Assembly (NCBI GenBank): GCA_965655095.1
Contig: OZ296650.1
Coordinates: 1,426,001-1,490,000 of the forward strand
Direction of reading: 5' to 3'
Length of the DNA: 64,000 nucleotides
From: Haplodiscus bocki
Lineage: Eukaryota
The position numbers were made by a program, and so were the translations under genes. Positions 37,222 to 50,075 of the stretch are shown here, piece after piece. Each line of letters opens with the position of its first letter. The first letter of the stretch is position 1. The notes below the pieces were generated by a model. The model made no database searches. It had not been told where the DNA came from and was given only the letters and a program-made list of their open reading frames with translations.

Positions 37222-38780
37222 TAGGCAAGCGTAGCGAAGCCTATTCGCACAAAGACACGTCAAAATGCTTTCGTCTTTTCTTTTTTTCTTTTCCGTCCCA
37301 GACATCCCTCTGCGTTTCATCACTTTAAAACTAAAGTTTTCGGCACCTATTGGTCCGATTCATCCAATTTTTGTATAAACGCCACGACGGGTTCACGATC
37401 TATCATATTCCAGAACCGCGGCCGCCGAAGTTTTTTGTCGGCGAGTCATTAGCGAACAAAAATTTCACTTTAGGTTATTCTAGAAGGCAGAGGGTAGATT
37501 TTTGACACTTGACTTTACAAAAACCTTGAACATACAAATGTTTTTGCACTAGCCCATGAAACACCATTCAATTGAGCGGCCCGCAGTAATCCGGTCAGAT
37601 TTCATCAAAAAAAATTGAAAATTTTGAAACAGATTCGATATTCCCCATTGCCTACCGCGTTTTGTAAGTTTGACGCTCATTTTCTGCAAACACATTTACA
37701 GGATCCGTTTGCTTATTGCTTAGCTGCATTGTCAACGTTGTAATTGACCGGGGCAGAAAATTTTCTCTGGACGAAAATTTTTCGCCGGCCAGTTTTTGGC
37801 GGAAACAATAGAAGAGGCAAGTGTTTTCAGATGGCAAGTGTTACTTTGTCACGCTCCACTGGCCTAATTTCCCCTGAAGAGCATCCCAATGCTGGTCAGG
37901 CTATGGATTAACAAGCGTTGATTGCATTCAGTTTTTAGCCGAAAGTTTGATTTTCCAACAAACGTGTTCAGCGTTCTACAAAGTTATGCATATCACCTCA
38001 ATTGCACAGATTAAGCAATGTGTTCAGTAAAGGGTTTTGATGCAACTTGCGATTCGGTACGAATTTTTCTCGTGGATTCATTGCCGGAAATTGTCAAACC
38101 TTAGGTTTCCTTAAGAGAGGTGAAGACTTTCAATCCCGTTATACCAACAATTAAAGTAACCTGGGCTTCTTGACGACCACTGAATTGCCTGCAGAAGTAG
38201 TCGAGAACTTTTTAGGGTACGCTCGGTCGCAGATAGGTGGTCTGGCCACGGTACTCTTCAGATGTTGAACACTTTCTTTAAATTATTTTTGCCCTTGCGA
38301 TTTGACTGCGACTCCAATCACCTTGAAAATGGCCTCGAATGTGTGACTCCTAATAACACTCAGATCTCCTCAGTGTTCATGTGATCTTGGATTTGGAAAA
38401 ATCTTTTAATCGAGTTTTCTGACAAAAATAATCGAGAAAACACGGCTTTTCAGAACATTTTTTGTTTCCACATCTGTATTTCTTCATTTAACACCCTAAG
38501 GGTCGACTTATTGGATCCTGTTGCTCTTAGACGTCATTGTCGAAACACCGGCTGGCTCTTGCTGACTTCTGAGATGACAAAATTTTCCCATCAAGCTAAA
38601 TTTGGTCTAAAATTAGGATAGTTAACTTGAATCTCCGCAATTATTTCTTGTTTGTTCTTTGCCTAATCTCTCCGAATTTTGCTAAATGCTCTCTGGCATT
38701 GTATAAGCATGTGATAAACGATGTAATCGAGAGGTTGAGTACCTTCACCAGCCTTGCGCTGAGCACCTTAGAGCCTATGT
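37222..38780 (+). mobile_element. Non-coding insertion into element B, Helentron/HINE-like
   Basis: Starts in a T-run with hairpin TAGGC-aagcgtagcgaa-GCCTA and ends ...GAGCCTATGTTTT; Polinton-like reading resumes on both sides; no TSD seen. Confidence 0.45.
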
Positions 38781-38820
38781 TTTGATTTAGGATTTTTGTC
38801 GTTGAGTAGTAATCATTTCC

Positions 38821-39535
38821 TTAAAAAAAATATTGGAGTTTAAAAAAAGTACTTACAACATTTACTTTCATTTCCAACCTCTCTGTCAGAATCATTCCAT
38901 CACTATGGGTCTGAAGGTTCTCGGAAAGATCTTCAACTGTGGAAATGCCTGGTGACAATTCATATGTGATAAAACATGGATTATATTTTTTCGAAATCAT
39001 GTTAGGGAAGTCTTTCAGTTCCAGCATAACTTTCAAAGTCTCGGGATACAGATTGAGCTTAACCTTCTGATAAAATTAAACATCCATCTTCGTTCATTCT
39101 TTCAGAATATTTTTCTGTATTTTTTTTAAAAATTTTTTGGTCCTATTGTTTCATCTTGTATACCATTGATTGAAATATCCGAAACCCCAAAGGTTTTCGC
39201 AGCTACATCTTTAAAATCCTTGAAGGAAACATCTGGTAGATTTGATACGGCTCCAAAGGCTTCAGGGGAACGACGAAAATCGAAATTATTATTTTCTTCT
39301 CTTATATTAAAAAAATTGTATGCTCCCAAACTTGTTGATCCAATCATGCAGGCCCTGTTGGGACCTAAAGGGAGTGGAGGTGCAGATGAAAAGGTTTTTC
39401 TTGCTTGGATAAAGCTAAAGTCTAGTTTTTTTGTGGTTTTTTCTAAGCGTTCAATAAGAGTAGCAGTTTTTATGGTTGATGAAAGTTATAGATCTTCAGT
39501 TTCATTTTCCGGAATAAACATAATCAGATTCATTT
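38821..39535 (-). pseudogene. Penton/minor-capsid-like paralog 2 (element B), truncated
   Basis: LDFSFIQARKTFSSAPPL...MIGSTSLGAYNFFNIREENNNF is similar to the N-terminus of 39615-40718. Confidence 0.45.
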
Positions 39536-39614
39536 ACGGTCACTGAGAGTGACACAGAGGACCCGCGAAAAAAAGGATTAAGGTCCTTTGGACCCCTGAT
39601 TGCGACTCCGAAAT

Positions 39615-40718
39615 TAGAATTTGATTAGTCAAGAAGTAAATGTTATCGTTTCTCTATTAAAGTCTACAGGTTGCTGATCATCGTCTTCTTAAAACAAAGA
39701 GATATGAGACAAAACAGGTTTAATTACAATTTATAAAAGTTATTTCTAGGTTCTTTTTACATTTTATTTCCGGTTAGGTTTTTGTAACGCAAAGCTATAC
39801 AAAATAGGTTCCCAAACACCATTTACAGTACTTGCAATGATAAAATCACACATTAAACGATCTTTATCAATTCCAGTAATGTTATTGGGTTTGTCACTTT
39901 TGTGGGTTCCTGCTTCCTTTTGGATAAACCCAATATGGGGTCCTGTTTCAGAGGACCTATAGTTTAAAATGTGCAGAGAATGGAGTTTTTATTACACTTT
40001 AGGCTGGGTTCAATCGGGACCGATGAAGTAGATCTGATGGTTAGGTTGGTCCTCGCTCTAATGTCATCAATTGTCACCTTCACTATTACATCGCCAGGAA
40101 TGATTAACTAACATTAAGTTATTATCACTAATCCCATAAATTCTGTGTGGTAGTGTATAGCGAGTAGTTGTCGCACCAAAAAATTATATGTCAAGTAAAT
40201 ATAAAACTTCGTTATATGTTAAATTCATTGCATAAACCATATCTTCAAGATCATTATAATTATAAATTTTCATTTCTTCAAAGAACGAGACTTTATGTTT
40301 TTCATCATTAAGGTTCGGCGTAAAATGTTCCTCGCTACCTAATTTTATGTGATGATCTCTTTTCATAACTTCTCTCACATGTAAATTCATATCATTCTGG
40401 TCAAGTACTATTATTTACTTAAGCTTTTCAATAGTTTTCTCAGCCCCGTTTGTGGACTCAACTGCCTGGTACAGAAATTTAAAAAGTATTCTCAACAGTT
40501 ATACTAAAAACAGAAATATAGGCCTCAAAAGTTGTTACTGCTAACAACCGATGAGGGGTCGCAGAGTTACACTCAGACAGGTTTATTGATGCATTAAAAG
40601 AGAAAGTATCTGATTGTTTACTTAGTTTGAATCCTAGTGTATCCGGTGGTCTAGTCTTCGTTTGTTCAATAAGATTGTCTGTATGTTCTTTGATTGAAAA
40701 GAACAATTCATTAACCAT
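39615..40718 (-). pseudogene. Penton/minor-capsid-like protein 1 (element B)
   Basis: LLAVTTFEAYISVFSITVEN ... MCDFIIASTVNGVWEPILYSFAL ... EDDDQQPVDFNRETITF, like Polinton penton C-termini. Confidence 0.65.
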
Positions 40719-40915
40719 TTAAAAACTCTGAATCCTTCTGCAGTTATATTTTTAGGAACTTTTCAAGTTTTCGGAACAGGGTGGTTCGCATCCTTCTAGG
40801 AGCGGTCAGCTTTGGAACCTTCGGACACTTTGTGGTTTGGAGGTTGGGACATTTGCATTTGTTTGGGAGCCTTAAATACAATTTACGCTGTTATCAATTG
40901 TAAATTTACGCAACG

Positions 40916-41170
40916 TCATTTAGTTATACTGAATGTCTGGTAGTACAAAGTTAAAACAGCTGACTTAAAATCTATTCCCATTTTTGTCAAGCAAGTTACA
41001 TATAAACAGTAGGCCGCACAAAACGAATCTATTTCGTGCCCTAGACCTTGGAGTTGGTGTTCAGAATATAAACAGAAACATTTCCATTTTATAATAAAAT
41101 TAGACAGTTTCTCAGGTGGTGGACCCCGATATGAATCAAAATAATTATGGTCCATGTAAAGAACCAATCT
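40916..41170 (-). pseudogene. Adenain-like cysteine protease, C-terminal half (element B)
   Basis: YFDSYRGPPP...YSEHQLQ...DSFCAAYCLY; the His-containing N-terminus is lost at the B/C junction. Confidence 0.8.
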
Positions 41171-41179
41171 GGTAAAGTT

Positions 41180-42800
41180 GATATCACCTTATATGGTTAC
41201 CAATATGCACTTGACATCTACAAACAATTCGGGTGAACAAACTTAGGAGATTACCAATTACTATCAAAAACTGATGTGCTTCCTCTAGCTGATAATTTTG
41301 AGAAGTTTAGAAGTGTCTGCATGAGCGCTTACAGAAGCTCGGTCCCGCTCACTTTTACTCTGCTCCATATTTGAGTTGGGAGTCTATGCTAATCTCGACA
41401 AGAGTGAAAATTGGGACTGTTGGAAGATGTTAATATGCTTTTGTTTGAGAGTGGCATTCGGGGTAACATAAATGGAGTTGGCGAGTTGCGCCATTTTACT
41501 GCGAACAACCAAAATCTCAACACAATCTATCCAAGTCAGAAAACTACATTCGGCGCATTTTATGATCTAACATCTATGCCGGAACAAAGCAGAAAATAAT
41601 GCTTCAGGGAAGCTAAGGATGGAACTAAAAAAAAAAAACAATCATTAAATCTTGGAAACTCCTGAAAATTCTGATGAAAGGTAATTTGTCGAAGTGGACC
41701 TCTAGTATTCTCAACATCTCCACGACCTTCACAATGGACTTCCACTTGCTCTTGAGAAGCGAACAATAAGATCCTCATGGCTCTCACCATTTGCAGAGTT
41801 TTTTGGCATGAAACCAAACAAAACTCCCAAGCTGATCGAAACGCTTCTGGATAAAGAAGTATGCGTGTCATTATGAAAATTTAGAGTTCCATAATAGGCA
41901 TGTTCTGGAAGTCGAAGAATTTCTTCGGGTTTGCGCATTCTATTAAAGCAAATGGCTGGCCGTATACATTGAAAAACAACCTGTTATGCGAAAGCAGGCT
42001 ATGAACGATTTTCAAAAGAATTTCTATAAATTGATGAGTAATGCTTCTTTTGGAAAAAAGATGGAAATTGGAGAAAGCGATCAAAAGTAAGGAAAGGGAT
42101 CCGAGCGCCAAATCCTCAACAAGCCGAAGCCTTCGCTCAGAGAGCAACGTTCAAATCTTTCCAAATTAGTTAGTCAAGACTTAGTTAGTTTGTCGTTCAA
42201 AAATTCGTCTGTGGTGTGGATTAAACCAACCCCAGTGAAACCTTCTATTTTCGATTGGTCAAAATAATCACTGTACACCTTCCATTATGAGAAAATGGTA
42301 CCTCGCTACTCGTGCAGTCAATTGAAAAAAGCCGATAAAGACAAGACAAGGATTCCCTCTTACATTTGATTGAAACGCCTGATCTGTAAAATGACATGGC
42401 TTCCTTCAAACACTTGCTGCGCCTTTCGGATTACCCGCGAGAACACTTTCTGCATGATCCAGCTAACAAAAAGTACCGTTATTGATGACAGCGGAGTTTC
42501 AAGGTGAAATTTTGAGTGCAGTCGTTCGTCTACGATGAAAATCCTACAGTAATGATTATGTAGGTGGGAAAAAGCAGAGCGCCGAAAGGGTTCAAAAGTC
42601 AGTCAAAAAAAACTTTGAATCACGACTTATTTAGCAACTGCCTATTCTCATTAAAAAAGATGGCACAACTTTACTCACACTGTCACAAAATAGTGGTTAA
42701 AGAAATTGATAAAGTGGCAAGCAGCTCATTCGACGATAAACGGTTACTGCTAGAAAACGGAGTCTCGTCGCTGCCATATGGGCATTACAAAAATTTTTCA
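41180..42800 (+). pseudogene. Protein-primed DNA polymerase B, C-terminal half (element C)
   Basis: KTDVLPLADNFEKFR; PAHFYSAPYLSWESML; FESGIRG; FYDLTS; FYKLMSNASFGKKME; SSFDDKRLLLENGVSSLPYGHY. Confidence 0.9.
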
Positions 42801-43599
42801 GCTGTTGACAGAACTAGGGATCAAAAACCAGGTTCGTTTCTTTTTTTAACAAAAATTATCTCCCATTTAGGTTTTCTACACTAAAATTTTTTTGAACAAT
42901 TTCACTTTGTTTTCCATCTAGATCTTTCAACTACCAACGCTTCGTCGTCGGTTGGCAAAGGATCGCGCTCGTCTTTCAAGACAACATCTTCCTCTCCCTC
43001 ACTAGCAACTACAAGTTTAGCCTCTGGATCGTCCAAGGGAAGCGATTTAACAAGGCCACCTTGTGGTTTTCTGCTAGCACTCATATTATTGCCTTCATCT
43101 ATTACTAGTTTAGTATAAGAATTTCCTATTCGGAAACTTTCGCCGCAGTAAAGAGTTTCTTCGCTGCGCGCAAAATTTTTCAATCCAAGGAAGCTCAGCA
43201 ATTGTGGATTGTCAAACGTGTTTTAGCCCACTCTGATTCTGGTTATAGCCACTCTCTGCAATCACATGATCAGCTATACAATATTATTGACTGGGATCAC
43301 TTGTCATGTTTGGACGACGATGACTCAGAACCTATCAGTCCCAGCTTTTCATTTCCGTTCATCAACCGGGAAGCGGAAACCAAAGAACGTTTTCTAGATG
43401 GGATGAGCAAAAGTCAGGGCAAAAAAACAGGAAACTACCATACATTAGTGAAGATAGTGACATTGAAGATACTCCCTAAAACTAGCCAACTTCCCTTGTC
43501 GTGTTGAAAACACAGTTTTCACAGAACACTAACTTCTCTGAATCTTTGGAAGTATTACGAGATTTTTCATTCAAACGCCATATTGTTGACATTTCCATT

Positions 43600-44120
43600 G
43601 AAGAAACGAAGTACATCAATTTCAGTTGTTTGCATAAACAAATGATTTGGATTTAACTTAAATATATTGGGAGTTTTTTGACCAAACAACGTACTACATA
43701 CTACAAACAAAAAAAAACAACACAGGTTAAAACGAAACTTTTATAAAGGTAGATTGATAACTTCAACTGCCGCCAGTGCACCGTACAGATTCAACAGTCG
43801 ACTATGAAATTGATCACAGTGGGAGAAAGGCCGGCCGTGACAATGCAACACAAAAATCTGATTTTTTTCCAAACGTCGACTCCACACACAAAATGCAAAA
43901 GCTCACCACTTTTCTTTGAGGGTGAGGAGTTTATAATTTCAAACTTCATCAACAGGCATAAGTGCAAAAAGTCTGATGTTTTATTACACTTTCTTTCGAA
44001 AAATTTTTGATCATGTAACTTGCGTTTAGGAAAAATAGTGGCGGACCAGATCCCTCCAAAGATGTGTCAAGAGCTTGCAAAAATTGTGGCAACCTTTGTG
44101 AGTGTCATGTTATCCAACAA
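43600..44120 (-). pseudogene. Probable adenain-like protease remnant (element C)
   Basis: IFGGIWSA(D)NFP...FEIINSSPSKKSGE(HW) and position directly after MCP. Confidence 0.5.
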
Positions 44121-45413
44121 GTAGGTTGTTTTTGGAAATGTTTCTCGCAGAATCGATTAACCCTTGACTGAACCACTCACCAAAGAGAAATGCTTCAATT
44201 GCGTCGTCAGGTGCTTTGGAGAAGTACAGTTTTTGGGTTTAATTTGACCCGGTGAGCTCGGGTACAATGTCAAGCTTTTACTAGTCTCTTCAGTGGAGGT
44301 CAAATAAAAAACCAAGACAAAAAGCTTGTCTTCAAAATCCTGCAATCTTATTCCATTCACACTTTTGCAGAACCCAAGAACTGTTATTGTATTATAGAAA
44401 AACCTGACATTGTTGCTAGAGTCCAGGGGTGTCCCAGCTAGTGGCATTCTATTACCGCGTTGAATTGCAACCCTCTGAACACCGAATTTTTGGTAAAGAT
44501 TTTTTGGTAAATGGTTCAAGGGTGTACTGCACAAGATGGGGTTTTCGACCATACAAACTTAATCTGCGGATCGGCTCTGATGCAAAAAAAATTCTCTCTG
44601 ACGAAACAGTTTTCACCGGCTTGAATAATGAAGCGTTTGATTAAGCTTTCAATAAAAGGATAAAAGGCGCAACTTTTTGATAAAGCTTTTTCGAAAGACA
44701 AATTCACAGTGTCCATAACCACTTTTCTCATGCAAGAGAAGCTTCCTCAATGGCTACTTGCATTTTGCCATCTAAAGCTTTCGCTTCAGCATCTCCATTC
44801 ATTATCTTTCAATAAAAGCAGTGTATTACCCGGAGATCGGAAAAGACGCAAATGAAAAGTGATTCCGGGTACCAAAAGTTTTTTGCATTGCAAAAAAAAT
44901 CTGCATGTAATGCGCCGTAGATCTCTGTCGTGAACTTTCTTGCGAGCAAAGTCGGCGTACAGTTTATTAAACGCTGGATCCTGCCCTTTTGTTTGTGCCA
45001 AGTAGTTATATCCTTTCTTTACCTTCTGTGTCGGTCGTCAGTTCCGTTTCGATGAATGTCGAAGGTAGGTAGCAGTTGCTGCTGTGTGAGATTAGCTCAC
45101 CGTTCAAATACAATTCACGGTGAGAAAACAAAAGGTGAAACGCGTTCTTTGAAAACAAAACTAAGGGGTGTTCCTTGACTTTGGCTCGAGTTTTGCCATT
45201 CTCGGTATTGATTCCAACTTTTACACTCAAAAGAATACGATTCAAGTCAATCAAGTTTTTTGCCCCTGCCGTGATAAAAAAGTTCAATTGGGGACATCTA
45301 CATCCTACATCAGGAAACATCTCTTGATCGTATGAACCTCCGTAATTGATCAATACGCTTGGTTTCTCAAAAAAGTCCATTGGACTATGCGTGACTGGGC
45401 TCGCAATTTCCAT
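44120..45413 (-). pseudogene. Maverick-type major capsid protein (element C)
   Basis: MDFFEKP...NAFHLLFSHRELYLNGELISHSSNCYLPSTFIETEL...KKLLVPGITFHLRLFRS...MRKV...YQKFGV...FVLVFYLTS. Confidence 0.85.
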
Positions 45414-45419
45414 CGCGTT

Positions 45420-45945
45420 ACTAGAGAATGCTGTTGAAGTAGTTGTTACTAGAGCCACAAGGCTTGTTGTTTTACTGTTGTTGTATTGAACAAAATTACT
45501 TTCAGACAGAATAACCGACCGACTTCTCTCCGGCGGGTTTTCCTTTGAAATTGATTGTCGACGGTGATTTGGACAAAGATGGCGCTGATGATGATGGTGG
45601 TGGAGGAACATTGTTGCGTGTCTTTCGACTTGTGTCGCCCGACCGCGTTTCGGCGACACCAGTCGGCCCGCGCGTCGCCCGGCCGCCCACCGGCGCCCGC
45701 CGCGATGCTCCGCTCGAGAGCACTGAGGGGAAACTTCGAAAACCTGGTCAATTTCAGTTATAGCGGCCTCCAACAAACTTTTCCGAAAGTGTTTGGGAAA
45801 AGGAAGGATGTATTTGCGCACAACTGGAATGACCATTCTTCCCATTCGCATTGCAAACGCACTCAAACGACCCGCGCCTGCTACGCTTTATCTGGCGGGA
45901 CCGCAGAATGTTGCGTCTTTTTAAGCTGTAGGATGATTATGGCTT
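45420..45945 (-). pseudogene. Basic Gly/Arg-rich conserved Polinton protein (possible core protein)
   Basis: FCGPAR*SVAGAGRLSAFAMRMGRMVIPVVRKYILP...SLLEAAITEI, then a GC/Arg-rich tail; directly upstream of MCP. Confidence 0.5.
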
Positions 45946-46189
45946 CTTATTTGGGAATCGTCTTGAGCATCCATCTATATGTCGAGATTGAGAAACAAAT
46001 GAGAATTTGGTGTGCAGGCATAATGATGGTGTGGTGGTGTTGGTTTTCTTTTTCCGTTTGGAAAAGAAACCTTTTAAAACAACTGTTTAGCTCCGACTTT
46101 GTTTTCAAAACGACGAATCAGAAGGACTCAACTTTTGTTTCGGTAGTGTTCCTTCGTCGTTGCTAGTCACTCCGCCGACGCACTTCTGG

Positions 46190-47210
46190 TCAATTGGGTG
46201 TAAGCCTGAGAGCAAAAGTGATGCTTGTGCGACAAAAACTCAGAAAACGCATATTCTGACCCAATTCGTTGGCCAAAGCCAGAGTGATTGACTGTAATTG
46301 TGATTTGTAGGATCTCTTCCAGTACAAATTTGAAAAACTGCAGAGGTTCACCTCTCTTGTATTGGTTCGCTGAAAAAAGGCTGTCGAGGGGAAGGGATCG
46401 CAGCAACGCAGTTTGCGTGTCCCCCAATGTCGCATTCTGAACCAAGTCGCAGGTTAAAAACGTTGTTTGACTTCAGCATTGACGCCAACTGGCCACTGTC
46501 CAAAGTTTCTCACAACTGTAAACTCTGAAATATTTTGTTGATCGTCGTAGAACTTGCCATCAACAATATTTTTTAAAAGTTGTCGCTGCTCAGCGTTTTC
46601 GCAGTCGATGATTGCGATCAAGCCCAGAATGTTTTTCAAGTCTTGTGACATTGCTAGGATCACCAAACCATGTTTTTCCACATTCCCGCAAAACTTGACG
46701 AGAAATTCCTGCGTCGACTTATCAACTTTTCAAGGAAAATTTGATGACGGACTTGGTGCGTCTTTATGTAGCAGAAAATATGGCGGAGAAATTTTTTCCT
46801 TGCTGTTTCCCCTTGCACTTTTCATGATCGCATCCACTATAACATCAATGGATAAAAAGAACCTGCTTCCATGTAACGTAGTTCTGGTGTGCTAAATTTC
46901 GTTGCTGGTTCTTTTCTAAACTGCAGCGTCACTCATTGAGACAGTCCCTGGTCATCCGCTCGGAAAAATTTGGTTATTAGAAAAAAAGACCAGGCCACTC
47001 TGGCCTCGAAAAACTTTTTGAAACCGTAATTATACCCTCAGTCACATTGCAAACCATTGGCGGCCACGAAATTTCCGGCACAGCCACCGCCCAGTCTCCA
47101 GAGCCAGAGACAGTCATGGTGTTGGCAGGAATGTGGTAAAACTATACAAATTATTTCGCGGAAATGTTTCCATGCATGCATTGGAAAGAAGAAAGTACCC
47201 TTCAGACTCA
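46190..47210 (-). pseudogene. Penton/minor capsid protein (element C)
   Basis: SNACMETFPRNNLYSFTTFLP at the N-terminus; CDLVQNATLGDTQTALLRSLPL...QSITLALANELGQNMRF at the C-terminus. Confidence 0.75.
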
Positions 47211-47269
47211 TGGCTGTTGATCAGAAAAAACTGCTCAAACTCGTGCGAAATAAGGTGGCTGTTGTTAAT

Positions 47270-48170
47270 GTGGGACAGAAAAACTTGATCAATTCAGTCT
47301 CATAGGATATACCTTGAATGAGTTCGTCGTTCACGTCCTCGACAACGCATGTTGGCAGATTTTTTGTAGGTAAGTTTGAAATTGTGAAAAGTTCTCCAGT
47401 GAAGTTTACCCCTGTAACCACGATGAAAAGTTTCCTTAGAACGCCAACTCGGTCGCCGACTTTGAACTTTGGTCGCTGTGGTGGCAGAGGATTGCAAAGA
47501 AATACTAAGTAAGGAACATCTTTTTGAGAAACATAATGGAGCCAACTTGGCAATACGATTGAGTCTGTTGTTTATGATTGAAACAAGTTTCTCAATTCGA
47601 TCAATGTATCTATTAGTGTCAAGGTCATGTAGGTATCTGCAAATGATGGATTTCAGTGTTCTATCTCTCCGCCACGGCAGACTTCACGCTTGTGTATAAA
47701 TTTCGAAGCCGTTCATTTTGCAAAGCTGCTAGCAAATTCTTCACCTTGATCACACCAAATCTTTTCGTGAAAACTTTTGGATGGACAAATTTTGGGAAAA
47801 TTGCGTTGCTTAGTGGTTGCAATGATTTTTTTAACGCGTCGGTACAAGCTTTCGAGGTCTTTGATTTGAAACCAATTACCAACAGAAACCGACTCAATCT
47901 GTCCACTGCCACGACGAGAAACCCAACTGCCGAATTTTACGTGGCAAGTTGTTACATGTCAGCCAAATCAAAGAACCAGAACTCATTCAGTCGATAACTC
48001 ACAACTTTGAGTCCCAGTTAACGTTATTTGGTATGTTTGAACTTCGTGCAAGTTTCACCCGAGTTCAAGTCGCGATCAAAAAGCTCGGATGAGCATTTAG
48101 TACCTCTGAGCAAGTTTTCGCGATTATCAACAGCCGTTGAGTTTTCCAGTTTAAGTATGCATTGTGAACT
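47270..48170 (-). pseudogene. rve integrase (element C)
   Basis: NEFWFFDLADM...FLVVAVDRLSRFL...KSAVAER...PKFKVGDRV...ELFTI...IQGISYETEL. Confidence 0.9.
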
Positions 48171-49097
48171 TTAATATACGCAACTGCAAAGGGGTTAGCA
48201 TTTTCAAACAAACGTTACTTTCCGAACATTTTTTACATGAAAAGTTGTCGTGGTAGTCGGATTTGCTCTTTAAACCTGAAATAATGAAGTGAACTCAGCC
48301 ACACAAGTGGCACTTCAAAGGAGGGCCAGTTTTTGATCCTTTACCCAGCAGTTTTTGACAGCATCCCCACAACCATATCCTCGGCACCATTCGTCTAAAA
48401 AGAAACTCAGATTGTGAGCCAACTGTTGGGAGGATCAGTGTCAAGTCTGATACGTTTTCTAGGCCATTTTCCCTGCGCCGACCGGCTCTGAACTCTGCAA
48501 CTCGCCTGTCTGGCGTAAGTGTTTGCCAAGAGATATTGTGATAGTGCAAATATCTCGACAAATATGAGGAATTGCTTGGGCAGATGTTTGGTGTTCACTT
48601 GGAGAGCAGTTAGAAATTTAATTATATTTATTGATGTGTCTTGTTGATCGACAAAAATGTTTTGAATGTTCTCATCAATGCTGACGCGCTCGTTTTTCTG
48701 GACTGACTTCGAGATTTGTCGAGATCGTTCGATTTTGCCTCCTCCTTCCAGACTGAAGTAGGCTGCCTAAAACTTCGTCTGGTGCATTGTTCTGAGGGCG
48801 ATCATTGTTTTCTTGTCAGATGGATGTCTGTGTATGACTTTTTTCTATCTTCAAGCTTTCAATTTAGGTTGCTTGGAGCAAACAGTGCTTGCTCCTGGTC
48901 AATTGTCTGACTCATGACTGCTTCACTCGTTTCTTCTAGAGAAGATGGATACAAGTGATGGATACTTGAGCTAAAATTTGCTGTTTTGTTTTTCGCGGTA
49001 ATCCATACAGTTGCTTTCCTTTTCCGCCAGATTTTTTATGAAGCAGCACTCATCGTTACCTATGAGGATAAACTCTTCAACGCTACCGTTTGATGTC

Positions 49098-49400
49098 CTA
49101 GCAGGATTTCAAATGATTTAACACTGAAGGCAGAATTATTTTTAGTAAACGTAAACCTCGAGAAGCCAGCATATGATGTTTACGTTCGATTGGAAAATTC
49201 CTTTTGGAACAGAAAGCCTCTATATGGCATTTTTCTTCTGCAAAGGCAGCAATTTTTGCTTGCTTTTTTTCCCAATTTAACATTTACCTTTTACAACATT
49301 GAAGAAACAATCACAAAAAAAAATGATTATTCCATCAGAGCAGTTCAAATTGGAGCATCTAAAAAAATAATGGGGAAAATATTATACAAATCAACTAAAT
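49098..49400 (-). pseudogene. Conserved small Polinton protein downstream of the ATPase (element C)
   Basis: ...RKHHMLASRGLRLLKIILPSVLNHL; counterpart of 22830-23035. Confidence 0.45.
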
Positions 49401-49419
49401 AAAAGTTTTGTGAACTCAT

Positions 49420-50075
49420 TGTCTAGATGCAAGCATACTCGATTTGTTGAACAGTAAAAAATGGACAGCACGTCACCGGAACAAAATGAAGATTACCTCA
49501 GGGGTTCACTATTTCTCACGCCGAGGTTAATCATCAAATGACCAGAAGAATTCTGAGTAGTTCTTTTATAGGCGTCTATTGTGCTGTGTCGCTCTCCCAG
49601 CTGACGACCCAGAACACCAATCTGTTCAACCTCGTAGGGCTGTCGAGAAGATTTATCTGTGTGACAATCAAATTGATTAACTTTGAAATTTTTGTCTGTT
49701 GAAATAAATTGTGTTCCAAAACCAATCAGGTGGACGTTGCAATGTCGACCAGCAACTACTGCCAGGAAATTATTTCTTTCTGCAGATTCGTCAAAAAAGC
49801 ATCCAACAGCAACGGAATTCGTTCCTTCTGCGCTTCACCTTATTGCAAAAAGTTCTATTCTAAGCCTTGAATGAATTCAATATAAACAGGTTTGGACTGA
49901 CTGTCCATCAAAATGGTGACGTAACAATGGTGATAGTGTTTATAAAAAGAGATAATTTTGTCGAACCTGGGTGAAAAGACTTTCTCTTGATTGACAATCG
50001 TACGCCCAATCAATCTGGCTTTTCCCGATCCTGCGGGGCCCAAAATAGAATTGAAGCAATGAAGCTGAGTGCTTG
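49420..50075 (-). pseudogene. A32-like packaging ATPase (element C)
   Basis: Walker A GPAGSGK at about 50020-50040; FSPRFDKI; IEFIQGL; FFDESAE (Walker B region); VAGRHCNVH. Confidence 0.85.

Larger units (their letters stand above)
29300..41170. mobile_element. Polinton/adintovirus-like provirus B (most complete, decayed)
   Basis: pPolB then INT on plus, converging with protease, two penton-like ORFs, hydrophobic ORF, ATPase, conserved ORF and MCP on minus. TIRs not identified. Confidence 0.9.

Noticed and set aside
45006-45866. Longest ORF (286 aa) as a single real protein
   Set aside because: Chance fusion of the decayed basic protein with the MCP N-terminus (probable start 45413); the MCP continues past frameshifts.
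45555-46166. 203-aa plus-strand ORF
   Set aside because: Antisense shadow of GC-rich minus-strand Polinton genes.
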